DNA of 32,000 bases from Methanococcus maripaludis (GTDB lineage: Archaea > AGJL01 > Methanococci > Methanococcales > Methanococcaceae). A program made the translations under genes and the position numbers. The DNA lies in the NCBI RefSeq assembly GCF_002945325.1, contig NZ_CP026606.1, positions 1,560,001-1,592,000 on the forward strand, read 5' to 3'. Every line of letters begins with the position of its first letter. The first letter of the stretch is position 1. Below the pieces are notes generated by a model. It was not told the DNA's origin, made no database searches, and saw nothing but the letters and a program-made list of their open reading frames with translations. Positions 1-8,062 of this stretch are shown here, piece after piece.

Positions 1-341
1 TTCATCTCATCGAGGTTGTATGCGGACGCTCCAATTATTAAATTAGGTGCAATTTCTTTAATTTTTGAAACAGGCATATCATCAATTCCAACGTGGATTC
101 CATCAGCATTTACGGCCTGTGCTACATCGAGCCTGTCGTTTACAAAAAACAAGGCATCGTATTCAGAAGTTAATTTTCTGAGTTTATTTCCAACTTCAAT
201 CATTTTACGAGTATTTGAAGTTTTCATTCGAAGTTGGATTGAAGTAGCACCCCCTTTTAGGGATTCTTCAACAGATATAACTTCATCTGAATAATTACTG
301 TCAGTTATTACGTAAAATTTTAATTTATCCTTAAATTTCAA
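1..341 (-). CDS. thiE: Thiamine-phosphate synthase ThiE, 5' part; the gene runs off the left edge
   Basis: My reverse-strand translation reads (TTG)KFKDKLKFYVITDSNYSDEVISVEESLKGGATSIQLRMK...FFVNDRLDVAQAVNADGIHVGIDDMPVSKIKEIAPNLIIGASAYNLDEM. The NDRxDxAxxxxADGVHxG and IIGxS blocks are ThiE-like. The frame is open to position 1. The putative TTG start overlaps the thiM stop by 11 nt. This ORF is absent from the ORF track because it is truncated at the edge. The start codon is uncertain. Confidence 0.8.
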   Translation of the reverse strand, partial: MKFKDKLKFYVITDSNYSDEVISVEESLKGGATSIQLRMKTSNTRKMIEVGNKLRKLTSEYDALFFVNDRLDVAQAVNADGIHVGIDDMPVSKIKEIAPNLIIGASAYNLDEM

Positions 342-1131
342 ATTTATTCACCTTAGCTTTTTCTAAAACTAATTTTTCATCGATTCTGTATAGCCAGTCG
401 TATACTTTTGCCTGAAATGTTCCTGGATACGGTGCTTCATTAAATGCCATTTCAGCAGAAATTCCGTAAACTACAAGTCCGCTTACCGCAGCTTTCAGTG
501 GATCATCGACTGCGGAAAATGCACCAATAATTGATGTAGTTGCACAGCCAGTTCCAGTAACTTTTGAAAGCATGGAATGCCCATTTGAAATTGCATAAAT
601 TTCTTTTCCATTGCTTACATGATCAACCGGGCCAGTTACTGCTGAAACCGTGTTGAATTCTTTTGCAGCATTTTTAGAAAGTTCGATAGCTTCGTTGTTA
701 TCGTATGCAGCACTATCTACTCCTCTTGTTTTTCCGTGTTCCCCTAAAACTGCGGCAATTTCACCAAAATTTCCCCTTAAAACTGAAATATCTGCAAAGT
801 CGAGTATTTTTAAAGCTGTTTTTGTTCTTAATTTGGTAGCTCCTGCACCCACTGGATCGAGAATTATTGGTTTTTTAAGGTCACTTGCAATTTTTGCAGC
901 TTTTTCCATTGATGGAATCCAGTATTCGTCAAGAGTTCCAATGTTTACTACTAATGCGCTTGCAATTGAAACCATTTCTTCTAATTCATCTATTGCATGG
1001 GCCATTACTGGAGAAGCACCAAGTGCCAAAAGTGAATTTGCAGTAGAGTTCATTACCACGTAATTTGTAATGTTTTGAACGAGCGGGTTTGTTTCCCTTA
1101 ATTTTGTAAGATTTTTTGCTACAAAGTCCAT
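331..1131 (-). CDS. thiM: Hydroxyethylthiazole kinase ThiM
   Basis: Full-length ThiM-like translation (NPLVQNITNYVVMNSTANSLLALGASPVMAH...ILDPVGAGAT..R). I moved the start to the internal ATG at 1131 (MDFVAKNL...) because GGTGAAAAA lies immediately upstream. The track start at 1191 adds 20 aa with no RBS. Confidence 0.9.
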   Translation of the reverse strand: MDFVAKNLTKLRETNPLVQNITNYVVMNSTANSLLALGASPVMAHAIDELEEMVSIASALVVNIGTLDEYWIPSMEKAAKIASDLKKPIILDPVGAGATKLRTKTALKILDFADISVLRGNFGEIAAVLGEHGKTRGVDSAAYDNNEAIELSKNAAKEFNTVSAVTGPVDHVSNGKEIYAISNGHSMLSKVTGTGCATTSIIGAFSAVDDPLKAAVSGLVVYGISAEMAFNEAPYPGTFQAKVYDWLYRIDEKLVLEKAKVNKFEI

Positions 1132-1229
1132 TTTTTCACCGATTTTCACCAAATTATCATTTAATAAAAACATCCATATATTTAAAAACATGCCGGTAAA
1201 AAAGTTTCCGAAAAAATTATAAATTTGTC

Positions 1230-1237
1230 AGATATCT
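1230..1237. promoter_or_regulatory. 8-bp perfect palindrome AGATATCT in the thiM/lrp divergent intergenic region; candidate operator
   Basis: Read directly from the sequence. On the minus strand it sits just downstream of a TATA-like element (CTTTATAATTATG), which is the expected side for thiM. Confidence 0.3.
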
Positions 1238-1259
1238 ATCATAATTATAAAGTATAACG

Positions 1260-1269
1260 TATATATATA
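1260..1269 (+). promoter_or_regulatory. TATA-box-like element (TATATATATA), candidate promoter of the Lrp/AsnC gene
   Basis: AT-alternating run about 70 nt upstream of the ATG at 1336. This spacing would leave the GGTGA RBS inside the leader. Assigned by position only. Confidence 0.35.
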
Positions 1270-1271
1270 GG

Positions 1272-1281
1272 TTGATATCAA
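1272..1281. promoter_or_regulatory. 10-bp perfect palindrome TTGATATCAA immediately downstream of the TATA-like run; candidate operator
   Basis: Read directly. It shares the GATATC core with the palindrome at 1230-1237; the two centres are about 43 bp apart. Confidence 0.3.
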
Positions 1282-1335
1282 TATAAAAAACGATGAAATA
1301 AGGATGTTTTTATTATAAATAAACCGGTGAAAACA

Positions 1336-1758
1336 ATGGATGAAAAAGACATGAAAATACTCGACTTTTTAATAACTGATGGAAGAAAACCTTTTACTGA
1401 GATTGCAAAGGAATTAAAGACAAGTGAAAGTTCAGTTAGAAAAAGAGTTAAGAAAATGGAAGAAGAAGGGGTTATAAAAGGATACTCAGTAATGGTCGAC
1501 ACTCCAAAGATGGGGTACAATGTTGTTGCACAAACCGGATTTGATACAAACCCTGAAGATTTTTTAGCGGTTGCACAGGAACTCTGTAAATTTGAAGAAG
1601 TAAAAAAGGTCTTTACTTCAACAGGGGATCACATGATAATGACTGAAATCTGGGCGAAAGATGGAAAAGAACTTTCAGAAATTATATTTAATAAAATTGG
1701 AAAAATTAAGGGAATTAAAAAGGTCTGCCCAGCAATTATTTTAGAACAGTTGAAATAA
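1336..1758 (+). CDS. Lrp/AsnC-family transcriptional regulator
   Basis: N-terminal HTH ([50 protein letters not shown]) followed by a C-terminal RAM/AsnC-type ligand domain. The start is set to the ATG at 1336, downstream of GGTGA (1326-1330). The GTG that the track uses as start is part of that RBS. Confidence 0.88.
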   Translation: MDEKDMKILDFLITDGRKPFTEIAKELKTSESSVRKRVKKMEEEGVIKGYSVMVDTPKMGYNVVAQTGFDTNPEDFLAVAQELCKFEEVKKVFTSTGDHMIMTEIWAKDGKELSEIIFNKIGKIKGIKKVCPAIILEQLK

Positions 1759-1766
1759 ACAACTTA

Positions 1767-1778
1767 TTTTGATCAACT
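1767..1778 (+). repeat. 12-nt direct repeat TTTTGATCAACT, copy 1; copy 2 is at 1925-1936
   Basis: The exact 12-mer occurs twice, 158 bp apart. The pair brackets the relic gene tail at 1822-1881. Confidence 0.6.
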
Positions 1779-1821
1779 TTCACTCGCAAATTTTCAATTT
1801 GTGGTGCCGACAAATCTTTGA

Positions 1822-1881
1822 TTTGTACGGTTTAAAAGGTTGAAAGTATGTCCTGCAATTATATTGGAGCAATTAAAATAA
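1822..1881 (+). pseudogene. Relic 3' end of an Lrp/AsnC-family gene ([19 protein letters not shown])
   Basis: Codons 1843-1881 encode [12 protein letters not shown], identical to the last 12 residues of the intact gene (1720-1758). Nine of the 12 sense codons differ, all synonymously. The frame is closed upstream by TGA at 1819-1821 and has no start codon. Confidence 0.7.
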
Positions 1882-1924
1882 TTATTTTAAAATTTTATTA
1901 ATTTTTTAAAAAATATAAAAAAAG

Positions 1925-1936
1925 TTTTGATCAACT
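1925..1936 (+). repeat. 12-nt direct repeat TTTTGATCAACT, copy 2
   Basis: Exact match to 1767-1778. Confidence 0.6.
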
Positions 1937-1957
1937 GTTTAAAAAAGATTAAAAGAA

Positions 1958-2377
1958 TTATTTAAAGTATCTATCTAAAATTCCTTTTAACATTTTAGCG
2001 TGTCTAGCTTCGTCTCTTGAGCTTTCTTCAAAGAAATCATGAATGTTTTCAAGGCCTTCTTTTTCAGCTAAATCTGCAGCTGCTTTTTTTTCGTTGTTAG
2101 CCATAGTTTCGCCTTCAAACATCATTTCAAGGTTTTCTTTTAGCGTAGCTTTAATTACTCCGTTCATTTCTACAAATTTTGAAGCATGTTCTGCTTCTTC
2201 AAATGCAATCGATTTTAAAACTTCTGCAATTTCTGGGAAACCTTCTCTTTGTGCTTGTCTTGCCATTGCAAGGTACATTCCAACTTCCATACATTCTCCT
2301 TTAACGTTTCCGCCAACTTCTTTTTCAAGTGCAGTACCTTTTGAAATTCCGATTTTGTGTTCGTTTATAAGTTCCAT
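1958..2377 (-). CDS. Rubrerythrin-family diiron protein lacking a rubredoxin domain (erythrin/ferritin-like)
   Basis: Two E...ExxH diiron motifs (ECMEVG...[10 protein letters not shown]; FEGE...[10 protein letters not shown]). There is no C-terminal CxxC...CxxC. The start is set to the ATG at 2377 after GGTGAAAATT; the track's GTG lies inside the RBS. Confidence 0.85.
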   Translation of the reverse strand: MELINEHKIGISKGTALEKEVGGNVKGECMEVGMYLAMARQAQREGFPEIAEVLKSIAFEEAEHASKFVEMNGVIKATLKENLEMMFEGETMANNEKKAAADLAEKEGLENIHDFFEESSRDEARHAKMLKGILDRYFK

Positions 2378-2562
2378 AATTTTCACCGTATATCGTTATA
2401 TATTTTGAAATTTACTTCTATTTTTAATTTCAAAATTTTTATTGTTTTTTTCTAGTATAAAAAGTATATTTTAGGTTTTATCTTAAATTATAATGTATTT
2501 ACTGGTATATTACTTTAATTAGATATATTTATTAATTTCTGTTCAGGTGTATCAATTTCATA

Positions 2563-3783
2563 TTATTTTAGTTTCATTCCAAGTCTTTTTCCTGCGTTGT
2601 AGCATTTTTCAAGTTCTCCTTCTTCAGGAACGTAAAGTACTTCGTAAGAATCATCAAGGACTTCAAATCCACATTCTTTTAAATCATTTCCAATAAGTTT
2701 CGTAGCTCCACCTCGTCCACCCATAGAACCAAAGGTTAAAGCCAATTTTTTAAATCCGGTTCTATCAAATCTAAGTCCCCTTAAATAGTACATTAAATCC
2801 CCGATACTTGGGAACGGCTGATCATTAATTGTCGGAATTCCAAATAAAACTGCTTTACTGTCAAGAATATCTTTTACAATTTCACTTCTTTCATCACTGT
2901 GTAAGTTATAAATTACAACTTCAATTCCTTCTGCTAAAAGACCTTCTGCAAACGCGTGAGCCATCTTTTGAGTTGAATAGTGCATTGTGTCATACACAAT
3001 TGTAGCTTTGTTTTTGCACTGTCCTGTTGCAAAATTTTGGTATGCAGAAATTACTTTCATTGGATCAGTCCAGATCTGGCCGTGGGAAGGTGCGATCATC
3101 GTTATTTTTTCAAGTAATCCTAACGAAATTACTTCGTTAAATTTCTTCAAAACGAGTTTTGAGAGCGGAGTAATTAAGTTTGCATAGAATTTCTGGTTTG
3201 CATCCATAAGGATATTTTCAGGAATTTCGTTATCAAATCTTTTGGTAAGGCACAAGTGCTGGCCAAATGCATCGTTTGAGAATAAAATTCCTTCTTCACC
3301 GTAAAGTGTAAACATGCTGTCAGGCCAGTGTAAAAGTGGAGCTTCCAAGAATGTAAGTGTTTTTCCGCCTAAATCGACACTTTCAAGAGATTTTATAACT
3401 TTAAATGGTGCATCTTTAAGTCCTGCGTAGTGTTTTTTCAAACCTTCAACTGCAACTTCGGTACAGTAGATTGGAGCATCTGGAAATTTCTTGGTAATTT
3501 CAACGAGAGCTCCACTATGGTCTTTTTCAACGTGATTTTGAACAATTACATCGATATTGAATTCTCTTCCTTCCTTTTCAAAGGCGTTTTTAATTCTTCC
3601 CCACATCTGGGCAGAGGTTCCAGGATATACATTATCAATCACTGCAACCTTTTCATCCCCAAATACAAGGTACGCGTTATATGTAGTTCCTTTTAATGTA
3701 TAGCCGTGGTATGATCGGATATCCCAGTCATAAGTTCCAACCCAGTAGACTCCATCGCTAATTTTCACTGCATCTGCTTTCAT
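2563..3783 (-). CDS. fprA: F420H2 oxidase / type A flavoprotein FprA (metallo-beta-lactamase-like diiron domain plus flavodoxin domain)
   Basis: [18 protein letters not shown]...GTTYNAYLV...[12 protein letters not shown], then a flavodoxin-like C-terminus ([23 protein letters not shown]). The start is set to the ATG at 3783, preceded by GGAGGGCATTTTC. Confidence 0.9.
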   Translation of the reverse strand: MKADAVKISDGVYWVGTYDWDIRSYHGYTLKGTTYNAYLVFGDEKVAVIDNVYPGTSAQMWGRIKNAFEKEGREFNIDVIVQNHVEKDHSGALVEITKKFPDAPIYCTEVAVEGLKKHYAGLKDAPFKVIKSLESVDLGGKTLTFLEAPLLHWPDSMFTLYGEEGILFSNDAFGQHLCLTKRFDNEIPENILMDANQKFYANLITPLSKLVLKKFNEVISLGLLEKITMIAPSHGQIWTDPMKVISAYQNFATGQCKNKATIVYDTMHYSTQKMAHAFAEGLLAEGIEVVIYNLHSDERSEIVKDILDSKAVLFGIPTINDQPFPSIGDLMYYLRGLRFDRTGFKKLALTFGSMGGRGGATKLIGNDLKECGFEVLDDSYEVLYVPEEGELEKCYNAGKRLGMKLK

Positions 3784-3905
3784 GAAAATGCCCTCCAAAA
3801 TTTGGATAAGAATTGAGTTATTGATATTATAATTTATAAAAAGAATCTATTTATATAATTTTATATTTAGAATTACTATTTCATCAAAAGAGGTAAAATT
3901 AAGAA

Positions 3906-4952
3906 TTATTTTAAGTAGTTTTCAATAATCATTCCTTTTTTGTTGCAGATATTTTTCAATTTTTTATACAGTATTTCATCAATTTCAAAACCATTTTTCT
4001 TACTTTCAGAAGTGCGTGCTTCAACGTCGCCAGGAATCAAAATTTCAGAAGATCCTTCAGATAGTCTTGAATTTTTTATTTCATCGACTAAGAAGTCAGT
4101 TTTATCTAAAAATTCGCTTTTTTCACCGAAAAATTCAGGATTTATCGCGATAAAGAAATCTCCTTTTGTACATTTTTCATCAGCTCTTGCAGTTCCTTTT
4201 ACATTTGTTCCAATGTCTGCACCGCCAATTGCAGAAAGAATTTCAACCGCCATTGCAATTCCGTATCCTTTAATTCCACCAAATGGTAAAATGCTACCTT
4301 CAAGTGCTTTATCCGGATCAGTTGTAATATTTCCATTAACATCTACTGCTGCATTTTCAGGAAGTGTTTTTCCAAGACGTTTTGCTTCAAAGATTTTCCC
4401 CCTTGCAACGGATGCTGTTGCCATATCAAGAGAATATTTGTGTTTTTTTCCAGAAATCGCAATTGCAATTGGATTTGTTCCCAAAATTTTATCTTTTCCA
4501 CCATATGGTGCCATTGCGGGTTCAGTATTTGTAATTGCAATTCCAATCATTCCTTTTTTTGAAGCTCTTTCAGAATAATGTCCAGTAATTCCAAAATGAT
4601 TTGAATTATATGTAGCAACCGCTCCAATTCCTACATTTTTCGCTTTTTCAACTGCTAAATCCATTGCCATTGCAGCTGTAACATAACCTAATGCTAAATC
4701 TCCGTTTATCGTTGCAGTTGCAGGACTTTCTCTTTCAATTTTGATATCTGGATTAATTTTTATATTTTCAGTTTCAAGACCGATTATTGTTTGCGGAAAT
4801 CTTCCAATGCCGTGTGAAGTAAATCCTTTCAAGTCCGCTTCTGTGTAAATTTCAGCAGTAATATTGGCATGTTCTTTCTTAACACCGTATGCCATTAAAA
4901 TATCCGAAAGTAATTTTTTTTCTCCTTCAGGCGTAATTATATGTGACATCAT
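3906..4952 (-). CDS. comC: Ldh_2-family 2-hydroxyacid dehydrogenase, probable (R)-sulfolactate/malate dehydrogenase (coenzyme M pathway ComC type)
   Basis: The translation carries the family hallmark ...ADLKGFTSHGIGRFPQ... and GYGIAMAVEIL. Size is 348 aa. A GGAGG RBS precedes ATGATG. The specific substrate is inferred from the methanogen context. Confidence 0.75.
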   Translation of the reverse strand: MMSHIITPEGEKKLLSDILMAYGVKKEHANITAEIYTEADLKGFTSHGIGRFPQTIIGLETENIKINPDIKIERESPATATINGDLALGYVTAAMAMDLAVEKAKNVGIGAVATYNSNHFGITGHYSERASKKGMIGIAITNTEPAMAPYGGKDKILGTNPIAIAISGKKHKYSLDMATASVARGKIFEAKRLGKTLPENAAVDVNGNITTDPDKALEGSILPFGGIKGYGIAMAVEILSAIGGADIGTNVKGTARADEKCTKGDFFIAINPEFFGEKSEFLDKTDFLVDEIKNSRLSEGSSEILIPGDVEARTSESKKNGFEIDEILYKKLKNICNKKGMIIENYLK

Positions 4953-4966
4953 GATTCCTCCAATAA

Positions 4967-5497
4967 TTAAAGCTTTAAATATCCCATGTTGTAGTAGACG
5001 ACGCTTCCATCAGCATCAACTATTGCAATAATTAATTCTTTTCTAACGGAGTGTGCAACCCTAACGAATCCCGTAATTTCTGAAATTTCGCAAGGAATTT
5101 CTTCTGAAAAAACTTTTACGAGGTATCTTGAGTGAATCTCATCAATATTACTTCTTTCATAAAGTCTAAAATCAGAACCGTATTTTAAACCAGTTCGAAC
5201 AGTATATCCTCTGTTTCTTAGGTCTTTGTATGCAAGATACCGAATGCACAACTTTATATCAATATTCTGTGCAACGTCGAATAATTCTTCAAAAGAAAGA
5301 AGTTTATTTTTTTTATCTCTCAAGGATATCCAGTTTTTAGATACTAGGTAGAGCCCTTCCACAAATGAAAGTGAAAGAAAGTTTTCGTGAAGTTCTCCGT
5401 ACCTTTTTTCATTTAAACGAGATATTCCGTCTTTATCGTAAATTACAATTCTCTCATCCGAGAGTTTTGCAGGTATTGTCTTTTTAGGTTTCGCCAT
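4967..5497 (-). CDS. endA: tRNA-splicing (intron) endonuclease EndA
   Basis: 176 aa, with the C-terminal catalytic block YKDLRNRGYTVRTGLKYGSDFRLYE...HSRYLV...; the size fits the homotetrameric archaeal type. Confidence 0.88.
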   Translation of the reverse strand: MAKPKKTIPAKLSDERIVIYDKDGISRLNEKRYGELHENFLSLSFVEGLYLVSKNWISLRDKKNKLLSFEELFDVAQNIDIKLCIRYLAYKDLRNRGYTVRTGLKYGSDFRLYERSNIDEIHSRYLVKVFSEEIPCEISEITGFVRVAHSVRKELIIAIVDADGSVVYYNMGYLKL

Positions 5498-5686
5498 TAT
5501 ATTTCCTCAAATCAAAAATAAAAATATCAGAATAAAAAACATGTATCTAATATATAATAGAGAAAACTATATATAGTTTTTAAAAATATTCAATATAATT
5601 CAAGCTTACACGTGATTTTAAATCCATTTCTCTTAATTTACGGAAATTGGCATATATAAACGCGAAGACTATTTTAAGGTGGATAT

Positions 5687-6946
5687 ATGAGCGGAAATTC
5701 ATCAACTGATTTGTATTTATTCAAAAAATCATTAAAGGAACTTAAAGGTAAAAAGGGAAAAGGAACAGAGCTTATAAGTGTTTATGTTCCAGCAGGAAGG
5801 AGGCTTTCTGATATTTCTCAATATTTGAGGCAGGAGCTTTCCCAATCCTCAAACATTAAAAGCAAAACAACAATGAAAAACGTACAATCTGCAATCGAGG
5901 TAATTTTGCAGAGATTGAAGCTTTTAAAGGAACCTCTCGAAATGGGGGTAATTATATTTGCAGGAATGATTCCAAGGGGCGGTCCAGGAACAGAAAAGAT
6001 GGAAGTTTACGTTCTTGAACCTCCTGAACCTGTAAAAACATTTGTTTATAGGTGTGACTCTTTATTTTACACCGATCCATTGGAGGACTTTATTCAGGAT
6101 AATGAAGTTTACGGTGTAATTTTAGTCGACAGAAACGAGGCTACAATTGGAACTGTTCGTGGAAAAACAATAACTATATTAAAAAAGCTTACAAGTGGAG
6201 TTCCAGGTAAGTTTAAGGCAGGAGGTCAGTCTGCAAGAAGGCTCGAAAGACTTATTGATGATGCTGCACACCAATTCATGGTAAGGATTGGAGAATATGC
6301 AACAGAATCATTCATGCCGATATTAGAAGAAAAAAAATTAAAAGGACTTCTTTTAGGAGGTCCTGGAAACACCAAAAACGAATTTGCTGAAAAAGACTAC
6401 CTTCACCACGAATTAAAGAAAAAAATCATCGATACATTTGATTTGTGTTACACCGAAGAATTTGGAATCCGGGAACTTTTAGAAAAGGCATCCGACCTTT
6501 TAAGAGATCTTGATTTGATGAAAGAAAAAAATTTAATCCAGAGATTCTTCAAAGAACTTATAAAAGATGATGGCGGGCTTTCAGCTTACGGTGAAGCTCA
6601 GGTAATGAAATATCTTGAAATGGGTGCAATTGACACGCTCATCGTTACTGAAGACATCGGAATTACAAGAGTTACTGTAAAATGTAATAACTGTGACTAT
6701 GTTCAAGAAGTAAACGTAAAAACAAACGAAATGTTCAAATTCGAAGAACAGTTAAAGACCAAAGCATGCCCAACATGTGGCGGTGCAATGTATGTTGATG
6801 AGGAGAAAGATATTATTGAATATTTATCTGATCTTTGTAATGTGCACAATACTGAGATAATCGTTGTTTCTACAGATACCGAAGAAGGAAGCCAGATTTC
6901 AAGAGCATTCAAAGGAATGGCTGCAATTTTACGGTACAAATTGTAA
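5687..6946 (+). CDS. prf1: Peptide chain release factor aRF1
   Basis: GGQ motif (KFKAGGQSARRLERL) and an NIKS-like loop (SSNIKSKTT). 419 aa. AAGGTGGA RBS upstream. Confidence 0.93.
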   Translation: MSGNSSTDLYLFKKSLKELKGKKGKGTELISVYVPAGRRLSDISQYLRQELSQSSNIKSKTTMKNVQSAIEVILQRLKLLKEPLEMGVIIFAGMIPRGGPGTEKMEVYVLEPPEPVKTFVYRCDSLFYTDPLEDFIQDNEVYGVILVDRNEATIGTVRGKTITILKKLTSGVPGKFKAGGQSARRLERLIDDAAHQFMVRIGEYATESFMPILEEKKLKGLLLGGPGNTKNEFAEKDYLHHELKKKIIDTFDLCYTEEFGIRELLEKASDLLRDLDLMKEKNLIQRFFKELIKDDGGLSAYGEAQVMKYLEMGAIDTLIVTEDIGITRVTVKCNNCDYVQEVNVKTNEMFKFEEQLKTKACPTCGGAMYVDEEKDIIEYLSDLCNVHNTEIIVVSTDTEEGSQISRAFKGMAAILRYKL

Positions 6947-7019
6947 TTATTCTAAAATATTTTAAAAATTATTAAAAACTATTTTTAAATAACGTTTTTT
7001 AGATTTTGGAGGGACTTTT

Positions 7020-7418
7020 ATGTTTTTCGAGTATTCAATTAAAACTGACACAAGAGAGTCCTTGGTTGATATTTCTGACCATATTTTAGATGCAGTTGTA
7101 AAATCAAACGTACAAAATGGGATTGCGGTAGTTTTTACACCACACACTACGTCTGCAATAACTATAAATGAAAATGCAGATCCATCTGTCAAAAAAGATA
7201 TTGTTAAATTTTTACACGAAAAAATCCCTGAAAATTATGGATTTTCACATTATGAAGGAAATTCTGACGCTCATTTAAAAAGTTCGTTTTTTGGGCCATC
7301 CTTAACTTTGATAATAAACGATGGAAAAATAATTCTTGGAACCTGGCAGGGTGTTTATTTTTGCGAATTTGATGGGCCGAGAAACAGGAAATTTTACGTA
7401 AAAATAATGAGAGACTGA
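7020..7418 (+). CDS. yjbQ: YjbQ/UPF0047-family protein (secondary thiamine-phosphate synthase type)
   Basis: VFTPHTTSAITINENADPSV..D....L....P......H.EGNSDAHLKSS..G.S......G....GTWQG....EFDGPR.R is the family signature. GGAGG RBS upstream. Confidence 0.85.
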   Translation: MFFEYSIKTDTRESLVDISDHILDAVVKSNVQNGIAVVFTPHTTSAITINENADPSVKKDIVKFLHEKIPENYGFSHYEGNSDAHLKSSFFGPSLTLIINDGKIILGTWQGVYFCEFDGPRNRKFYVKIMRD

Positions 7419-7532
7419 TTTAATTGTTAATTAATTCAAGTAAAAAATAATTTATACGGGAATTTTCTAAAAATAATCTGAAACATTTAATTTTTGAAAA
7501 ATTAATTAAAAAATTTATTTTCTGGTGAAAAT

Positions 7533-8021
7533 ATGATTGCTACAATTCAAACAACACTTGGAACAATTAAAATAGAACTATTTGCTGATAAAGCACCGAT
7601 AACCGTTGAAAACTTCAAAAAATACGCAGAAACTGGATTTTTCGATGGAACGATCTTTCACAGAGTAATAAAAGGATTCATGGTTCAGGGTGGCGGATTT
7701 ACAAAAGATGGAATTCAAAAAGAAACTTTTGCACCAATTAAAAATGAAGCTAAAAACGGACTTTCAAACAAAAGAGGAACCATCGCAATGGCTAGAACCA
7801 ACGTTGTAGATTCAGCAACAAGCCAGTTTTTCATAAACACCGTTGACAACATGTTTTTGAACTACCAAAATGATGCAAACTACGGTTACGCAGTATTTGG
7901 TGAAATGACAGACGGTTTTGATGTTCTTGATAAAATTGCTGCTGTTAAAACTGGAAACAGGGGATACTTCGCAGACTGGCCAGTTGAAGATGTAATAATT
8001 GAAAAAGTTACAGTCGAATAA
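7533..8021 (+). CDS. Cyclophilin-type peptidyl-prolyl cis-trans isomerase (cytoplasmic form)
   Basis: FHRVIKGFMVQGGGF...KRGTIAMARTN..DSATSQFFIN. GGTGAAAAT precedes the ATG. Confidence 0.92.
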   Translation: MIATIQTTLGTIKIELFADKAPITVENFKKYAETGFFDGTIFHRVIKGFMVQGGGFTKDGIQKETFAPIKNEAKNGLSNKRGTIAMARTNVVDSATSQFFINTVDNMFLNYQNDANYGYAVFGEMTDGFDVLDKIAAVKTGNRGYFADWPVEDVIIEKVTVE

Positions 8022-8025
8022 ATTA

Positions 8026-8033
8026 TTTTTTTT
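8026..8033 (+). terminator. Oligo-T tract (T8), candidate archaeal terminator after the first cyclophilin gene
   Basis: A T8 run begins 5 nt after the stop codon at 8019-8021. Confidence 0.4.
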
Positions 8034-8062
8034 ATTTATTTTAGTTATTTTCTGGTGAAAAT

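Noticed and set aside
16-294. 92-aa plus-strand ORF at the left edge
   Set aside because: It lies antisense to a clearly ThiE-like reading frame on the minus strand, has a low-complexity S/I/F-rich translation and has no RBS. It is a shadow ORF.
1132-1335. Possible TPP riboswitch upstream of thiM (also checked upstream of thiL, 13214-13413)
   Set aside because: I found no CUGAGA / ACCUGAUCUGGAUAAUGCCAGCG-like conserved cores on the relevant strand, and the regions are too AT-rich to form the THI-box helices.
3940-4578. 212-aa plus-strand ORF
   Set aside because: It is entirely antisense to the Ldh_2/ComC-like gene. The translation is S/F/I/P-rich and low complexity, as is typical of the opposite strand of AT-rich coding DNA. 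No RBS.
5652-5660. ATATATAAA upstream of aRF1 as its TATA box
   Set aside because: It is only about 27-35 nt from the ATG. Transcription would start at or after the AAGGTGGA RBS, which is inconsistent unless the mRNA is leaderless. A more distal element (about 5565-5580) is equally plausible, so no promoter was called.
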